Positions 26,027-31,328 of a DNA stretch of 31,328 nucleotides are shown piece by piece. Under the pieces are notes generated by a model. The model ran no database searches and had not been told where the DNA came from. It was given only the letters and a program-made list of their open reading frames with translations. Each line of letters opens with the position of its first letter. Position 1 is the first letter of the stretch. Position numbers and translations under genes: made by a program. Source of the stretch: a bacterium (GTDB lineage Bacteria; CALINM01); assembly GCA_041640455.1 (NCBI GenBank), contig JBEQAF010000016.1, positions 1 to 31,328 on the forward strand, read 5' to 3'.

Positions 26027-27619
26027 CTATTTATTAACCCTGATTAGAGAAAATATCATAGAGTCTGCAAGGAGATCTGTCCTAACCAGTTGAAAACGAG
26101 CATCCTGATGGTGAGTTATCACTCTATTAAGAATCTCAAAGGATATCTCGGCCCTGATATCCTGTTCCTCTGGTCCGATAATAATGTAATTAACTTTCTG
26201 ATTATCAAGATTATTTAAAAACTCATGCCAGCTTACATCAGGGAAAACCACATACTCTCCCCCTGCATAATAGGCGACTATGTTATATCTTGTCATAATC
26301 CTATCACCAGGTTTTATAATAGGTTTTATCAGTTTTCCAAAATCACGATATGACTGATAAACTATGCTTTGAATATTAGTTTCGGGAGGGGGAGGATAAA
26401 AGAATGTTTTAATTTTACTATGCAATAGATGCTCATAGCATAAAAGGCTAAAAAATATTGAGAAAATAATTAAACCCTTTTTGGGACTAAATTTCTCTTC
26501 TAATAATTTTTTTAACTCTACTAAACCATAGGAGCTCATAATAAACAGAATGGGCGCATAGGGCTGATAAAAATTGGGGGTTAAAAAAAAGAATGGGATT
26601 ATAAAAACTACATAAAGATAGGGAAAAAAGAAAATAAGTTTTAATCTATCTTTTTTCTTAAAAAACATTATAAAAAGTGCAAAGATAAATAAAATCAAGG
26701 GTAACCAGTTATATAGTTCAGGGGTGTTTTTTAAAAACTCTATGATTTTTCCAGGATAGGCTTTTAAAGCCAGCTTAATCCATGTAAGTTTTGGCAGATC
26801 AATATTGCCATAATTAAATTTCTCATAATCATAACCATAGGTTACTATAGTTGCAACTCTAATCTGTGTAAAAAGTTTATCAGTAAACTTGGTCTCACCT
26901 GTTATAAGCCTTAAAGCGTAAACATATGGAGTAGCTACTATTAAGAACGATGCTATAAAAAGGCTTAGAGCCAGAAGATGCTTTTTAACATCTTCTTTTT
27001 TAATTAAAATATAAATTATAAAAACTGCTATCCATCCAGCAAAAATACCGAGGCCTTCTGCCCTCGATAAATAGGCAAGGCTAATAAACATCCCTCCAAG
27101 AACAGCAAAAATAGCTTTTTTTCGTATGAAAAGTAGCACCATAAAAAGCTGGGACATAAAAAGCATAAAAGCATAGGTGATCTGAGCCTGAACAATAGCT
27201 GCCCATTGGGTAAATCCTGTAAAAGTAATTGTCATAAGCCCTGCGATAAAACCAACATTACGTGAAAAGAGCATCTTTCCTGAAAGATAAATTGGAACCA
27301 ATGATAAAGTGCAAAGTATATAGTTAAGAGTTTTACCAGCTATCTCTGGCTCCATTCCAAAATAAACAAAAAAAGATCCAAGAAAAGAAAATAGCGGGTG
27401 AAAGGCTATAAAAATATAATCACTCAGGAAAGTCCCATCAACAAAATGTTTCATAAGAAAAGCATAGGACGTTTCATCCCTGCCCATGACTCCTTCTGAT
27501 GGAAAAGGAATAATAAAAAGGGCTATTATAATTAAAACTGATAGTACTAATAAATCTTTCTTTTTTTCTGAAGAGTTTTTATAAAAATCAAAAATTTTCT
27601 CAGTAAACTCTGAGTTCAT
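26027..27619 (-). CDS. GT-C fold membrane glycosyltransferase (GT39/ArnT/PMT-like), copy 1
   Basis: Many TM segments; 'RDETSY' after TM1, 'HPLFS', 'YLSRAEG', 'VAYYAG'; same layout as 24112-25698. Confidence 0.7.
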   Translation of the reverse strand: MNSEFTEKIFDFYKNSSEKKKDLLVLSVLIIIALFIIPFPSEGVMGRDETSYAFLMKHFVDGTFLSDYIFIAFHPLFSFLGSFFVYFGMEPEIAGKTLNYILCTLSLVPIYLSGKMLFSRNVGFIAGLMTITFTGFTQWAAIVQAQITYAFMLFMSQLFMVLLFIRKKAIFAVLGGMFISLAYLSRAEGLGIFAGWIAVFIIYILIKKEDVKKHLLALSLFIASFLIVATPYVYALRLITGETKFTDKLFTQIRVATIVTYGYDYEKFNYGNIDLPKLTWIKLALKAYPGKIIEFLKNTPELYNWLPLILFIFALFIMFFKKKDRLKLIFFFPYLYVVFIIPFFFLTPNFYQPYAPILFIMSSYGLVELKKLLEEKFSPKKGLIIFSIFFSLLCYEHLLHSKIKTFFYPPPPETNIQSIVYQSYRDFGKLIKPIIKPGDRIMTRYNIVAYYAGGEYVVFPDVSWHEFLNNLDNQKVNYIIIGPEEQDIRAEISFEILNRVITHHQDARFQLVRTDLLADSMIFSLIRVNK

Positions 27620-28688
27620 TGTAAATGGTATCCCTTTCTACAGGGATCTTTTTTGCTTCTTTAATCATGGAGATAAGCTCTTCTTTCGTCAGGGACTCCT
27701 TAGTTTTTGCACCTGCTGCATGAGTAATCTTTTCTTCAACCACTGTGCCATCCAGGTCATTTACTCCAAAAAATAAAGATATCTGGGCTACCTTTTCGGT
27801 CAGCATAATCCAGAATGCTTTTATATGTTTGAAATTATCTAAATAAAGTCTGCCTGCTGCCAGTGTTTTTAGATCATCAAACCCTGTGGTAGTTCTTCTT
27901 TTCTCTATTTTTGTATTTTCTGGATGAAAGGCAAGAGGGATGAAGGCTTGAAACCCCCCTGTTTTATCCTGAAGCCTTCTTAATCTTTCCATATGGTCAA
28001 CTCTATGCCAGTACTCCTCAATGTGACCGTAAAGCATGGTAGCATTTGATTTAAGCCCCACTTTGTGAGCTACCTCCATTACCTCAAGCCATCGCTCTCC
28101 CGAGATTTTTTCCGGACATATAATCTTTCTTACCTCAGGATGAAATATCTCTGCCCCCCCACCAGGAAGGGAACCAAGCCCTGCATCTTTTAATGCAGTT
28201 AAAACATATTCAAGACTTTTTTCAGATATTTTTGAAAAATAGTCTATCTCTACAGCCGTAAAGGCCTGGATATGCATTCCAGAAACCTCTTTTAATTTTC
28301 TCACCATATTTATGTAAAAATCAAAAGACCACCTCGGATGAAGCCCGCCCACTATGTGAAGCTCTGTTGCTCCTTGAGCTTTTGCTTCTTTTGCCTTCAT
28401 TATCATTTCTTCCATGGTAAACTCATAGGAATCCTTGTCTTCGGTGTCTCTGGAAAATGCACAGAACTTGCATCTATTAACGCAGATATTTGTGGGATTT
28501 ATATGCCTGTTTACATTAAAATAAACTTTATCATTATTCTTCAATCTATTTACATGGTCTGCCAGCTCACCAACAAAAAGTAGATCCTTTGTTTCAAAAA
28601 GGAAAACACCTTCATCAAAGGAAAGTCTTTCTCCATTCATTATTTTATCTTTAATTTTATCTTTAATATTTTCACTGTTCCCGGACAT
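27600..28688 (-). CDS. mqnE: Aminofutalosine synthase (radical SAM)
   Basis: 'YFNVNRHINPTNICVNRCKFCAF', 'HIVGGLHP', 'AFTAVEI', 'LPGGGAEIF', 'DLDGTVVEEKITHAAG'; clustered with ubiD/ubiA/ubiX. Confidence 0.92.
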   Translation of the reverse strand: MSGNSENIKDKIKDKIMNGERLSFDEGVFLFETKDLLFVGELADHVNRLKNNDKVYFNVNRHINPTNICVNRCKFCAFSRDTEDKDSYEFTMEEMIMKAKEAKAQGATELHIVGGLHPRWSFDFYINMVRKLKEVSGMHIQAFTAVEIDYFSKISEKSLEYVLTALKDAGLGSLPGGGAEIFHPEVRKIICPEKISGERWLEVMEVAHKVGLKSNATMLYGHIEEYWHRVDHMERLRRLQDKTGGFQAFIPLAFHPENTKIEKRRTTTGFDDLKTLAAGRLYLDNFKHIKAFWIMLTEKVAQISLFFGVNDLDGTVVEEKITHAAGAKTKESLTKEELISMIKEAKKIPVERDTIYNELRVY

Positions 28689-28932
28689 AAATCTGTTTCT
28701 CTCCTTTTTTAAACTCTATATCAGTACTTCCACACCATGCGCAGCTTACCATCGCAAACTCAATATCATTGTCTGCTACTGTAATCTCTTCTTCACTCAG
28801 GTTCTCATCCTCCGGCTCTCCTACTATGGAGATTAGCTGATTGTTATCATCAAGCTCCACTTCCAGTATTTTTTTTATCTGACACCAGATATTAAAATTT
28901 TTTGTATTGCCACAACTTCTGCACTTAGCCAA
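28672..28932 (-). CDS. Small acidic CxxC...CxxC (zinc-ribbon/rubredoxin-like) hypothetical protein
   Basis: Start re-called at TTG 28932 (GAGGTGGAG RBS); 'KCRSCGNTKNF...SCAWCGS'; overlaps both neighbours. Confidence 0.7.
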   Translation of the reverse strand: MAKCRSCGNTKNFNIWCQIKKILEVELDDNNQLISIVGEPEDENLSEEEITVADNDIEFAMVSCAWCGSTDIEFKKGEKQIYVREQ

Positions 28933-29494
28933 AGCTACTCCACCTCTTATCAATATTATAATCTGTAAGAAAAACCTTTAATACCCTGTCTGCAAAATCA
29001 TTTACCAGCTCATCAATACCTGTGGGGTTATAATAAAAAAACGGAGCCGCAGGCATTACTATAGCCCCTGCTCTGGATATCTTAAGCATATTTTCCAGAT
29101 GTATAAGATTTAAAGGGCTTTCCCTGATCACTAAAAGCACCCTGTTTCTCTCTTTTAGCGCCACGTCAACCGCTCGTTCAAGAAGGCTCTGAGATATACC
29201 TGAGGCACAACGCGACAGAAAACCCATTGAACAGGGACATATAAGCACATCAAAGTCATTGCTTCCACTGGCTATGGGAGAAAAAAAATTTTTCTCATCT
29301 TCAATCACAAAATTTTTAAAATCTTTAACAAATTCAGAAAGATTTAGCCCAGTTTCTTCTTCAAATATCTTACGGCCATTTGCCGAAGCAACCATAAATA
29401 TCTTTTCTTCCCTTCCTGAAAGCTTTTCAATTAACTTTCTGGTGTAACAGGCACCTGATGCGCCTGTTATGCCAAGAACTATCTGTTTTTTCAT
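28925..29494 (-). CDS. ubiX: Flavin prenyltransferase
   Basis: 'GITGASGA', 'IASGS', 'PCSMG', 'RAVDVALKER', 'RESPL', 'PAAPFFY'. Confidence 0.93.
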   Translation of the reverse strand: MKKQIVLGITGASGACYTRKLIEKLSGREEKIFMVASANGRKIFEEETGLNLSEFVKDFKNFVIEDEKNFFSPIASGSNDFDVLICPCSMGFLSRCASGISQSLLERAVDVALKERNRVLLVIRESPLNLIHLENMLKISRAGAIVMPAAPFFYYNPTGIDELVNDFADRVLKVFLTDYNIDKRWSSFG

Positions 29495-30378
29495 ATCTTT
29501 CCCCAGTATATGTCAAGGACTATAAAAATAAAGTATAGAACGCTAATATATCCATTCATATTGAAAAAAGCAACATCAAGCTTTGAAAGGTCATCCTTTT
29601 TAACCAGAGAGTGCTCATAAATTAGCAAAACAGCAATTATTAATAGCGCAACAGGATATAAAATACCTAAATTACCTAAAAAATAGATATAAGTAAGCAA
29701 AACCATCATAATCAGATGAAAAATTCTGGAGATAAGAATAGATCTTTCTATGCCGAACTTAACCGGGATGGAAAAAAGCCCCTCTTTTCTGTCAAACTCG
29801 TAGTCCTGAAGGGCGTATAAAATATCAAAGCCCGCAACCCAGAATAGCACTGCAAAACTTAATACAACCGGCAAAAGATCAATCTCTCCTTTTATAGCTA
29901 TCCAAGCGCCAAGAGGTGCGCCAGCAAGGGCAAGTCCGAGCACAATATGGGAAAGGAAGGTAAATCTTTTTGTATAAGAGTAGCCCATGAGTATAAAAAT
30001 AGCCATCGGAGAAAGATAAAAACACAGTCTGTTAAGCCTATAGGCAGAAAAAACAAGTAGAGAAAAAGAAAGTATGATATAAAAAATTACAGTCTTCCTT
30101 GATATTAAACCTCTTGGTAGATGCCTGTCTTTTGTTCTCGGATTTTTTGCGTCAATATTACTATCAACCAGCCTGTTAAAAGCCATGGATCCGGTCCTGG
30201 CACCTACCATAGCTGTGACAATCCAGAAGAACTGGTAAATACTCGGGCTGCCATTAGCAGCCATAAATGCGCTTGCCAGCGCAAAAGGCAGAGCAAAGAT
30301 AGTATGGGAGAACTTAATCATTTCAAGAAATAATCTTAACTTTCCAGCCGGATTATTCATAATTGACTGATAATACAT
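29491..30378 (-). CDS. ubiA: UbiA-family polyprenyltransferase (MqnP-like)
   Basis: 'EMIKFSHTIFALPFA', 'FNRLVDSNIDAKNPRT', 'YSYTKRF', 'GFDILYALQD'. Start may be ATG 30360. Confidence 0.92.
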   Translation of the reverse strand: MYYQSIMNNPAGKLRLFLEMIKFSHTIFALPFALASAFMAANGSPSIYQFFWIVTAMVGARTGSMAFNRLVDSNIDAKNPRTKDRHLPRGLISRKTVIFYIILSFSLLVFSAYRLNRLCFYLSPMAIFILMGYSYTKRFTFLSHIVLGLALAGAPLGAWIAIKGEIDLLPVVLSFAVLFWVAGFDILYALQDYEFDRKEGLFSIPVKFGIERSILISRIFHLIMMVLLTYIYFLGNLGILYPVALLIIAVLLIYEHSLVKKDDLSKLDVAFFNMNGYISVLYFIFIVLDIYWGKI

Positions 30379-30408
30379 GGTCTTCTTATTTTCTTTTTAA
30401 AAAATGGA

Positions 30409-31328
30409 TTAGATGCCATAGCTTTTCCATTTTCTATCCACAAGTTTTTTTATTTCATCGCTCATCTCTATCTCATCAGGCCAATCTCGCATCATCCCTT
30501 CTTCTCTTGATTTCCTTGTGGCATCAATACCCATCTTGGAACCATATCTCGGGAAGCTGGAAGAGTGATCCAGTGCATCTACAGGACCCTCGGTTATTAG
30601 CACATCTCTTTTCCAGTCCACATTATTTAAAATACGCCATGCCGAGTAGCTCAAATTGTGCACATCCACATCATCATCTACTACAATTATTAGCTTTGCA
30701 AACATCATCTGTCCCTTTCCCCAGAGACCGTTTATAACCTTTTTTGCCTGACCGGGGTAAGTCTTTTTAATCGAGATTATGGCACAGTTATGAAATACCC
30801 CTTCCATGGGCAGATTCATATCTACGATTTCTGTAAAATCCAGTTTTAAAAGAGGTAAAAATATTCTTTCTGTTGCCTTTGCCAGATAACAGTCTTCCAT
30901 AGGCGGCTTACCTACCAATGTAGCAGGATAAATGGCATCCTTTCTCCTGGTAATGCAGGTTATGTGAAATACAGGATACTCCTCTGCGGGAGAATAAAAG
31001 CCTGTATGATCTCCGAATGGACCTTCTATTCTTCTTTCAAAGGGCTCCACATAGCCTTCCAGGACAAACTCTGCATGGGCAGGTACTTCCAGATCAACAG
31101 TCTTGCATTTTACCAGTTCAACAGGCTCACCTCTTAAAAAGCCTGCAAAAATCATCTCATCTACGTTTGGAGGAAGTGGTGCTGTTGCGGAATATATGGT
31201 CGCCGGATCACCGCCTATTGCCACAGCTACCTCAAGTCTTTTATTTAATTTCTCAGCCTTAATATAATGATGTGAGCCATCTTTATGAAGATGCCAGTGC
31301 ATGCCTGTAGTTTTTGCATCGTAGATAT
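30409..31328 (-). CDS. ubiD: UbiD-family menaquinone biosynthesis decarboxylase (MqnL-like), 3' part; start lies beyond the window
   Basis: Frame is open to the window edge (IYDAKTTG-MHWHLHKDG); 'EGPFGDHTGFY', 'GKPPMED', 'KMGIDAT'. Confidence 0.94.
   Translation of the reverse strand, partial: IYDAKTTGMHWHLHKDGSHHYIKAEKLNKRLEVAVAIGGDPATIYSATAPLPPNVDEMIFAGFLRGEPVELVKCKTVDLEVPAHAEFVLEGYVEPFERRIEGPFGDHTGFYSPAEEYPVFHITCITRRKDAIYPATLVGKPPMEDCYLAKATERIFLPLLKLDFTEIVDMNLPMEGVFHNCAIISIKKTYPGQAKKVINGLWGKGQMMFAKLIIVVDDDVDVHNLSYSAWRILNNVDWKRDVLITEGPVDALDHSSSFPRYGSKMGIDATRKSREEGMMRDWPDEIEMSDEIKKLVDRKWKSYGI

Noticed and set aside
1..31328. CRISPR array, IS element, prophage or defence island
   Set aside because: No spaced direct repeats, transposase, integrase or phage genes seen; the window is mostly housekeeping and cofactor biosynthesis.

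Overview
AT-rich bacterial chromosomal window, probably from an anaerobe (futalosine menaquinone route, cbi-type B12 genes, Tat-exported Fe-S protein). No mobile element or CRISPR array was seen. From left to right: (1) the 5' part of a Tat-signal 4Fe-4S dicluster protein gene; (2) a minus-strand operon under a cobalamin riboswitch (unknown 75-aa ORF, cobD, cbiB, cbiA, short cbiX, cbiC, cbiM-N-Q-O, cbiD, cbiET, SprT-like HExxH peptidase); (3) dsbC-nfeD; (4) a chlD-like chelatase gene split into an AAA+ (ChlI-like) ORF and a vWA ORF; (5) tRNA-Leu(GAG) and a small exported protein gene; (6) hrcA-grpE-dnaK-dnaJ; (7) a flavodoxin-fold Fe-S flavoprotein, truD, nth and a PIN-PhoH gene; (8) two paralogous GT-C membrane glycosyltransferases with a probable gene remnant between them; (9) mqnE, a small CxxC..CxxC protein, ubiX, ubiA/mqnP and ubiD (cut by the window edge). 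The strongest observation is that the two chelatase ORFs are joined by a stop-free -1 frame starting at an A9 slippery run (13815-13823). One gene could therefore yield both a 373-aa ChlI-like and a ~652-aa ChlD-like subunit. Frameshifted chlD genes are a described phenomenon, and a homopolymer sequencing error cannot be excluded from the sequence alone. Several unannotated small ORFs and regulatory oddities are also flagged.
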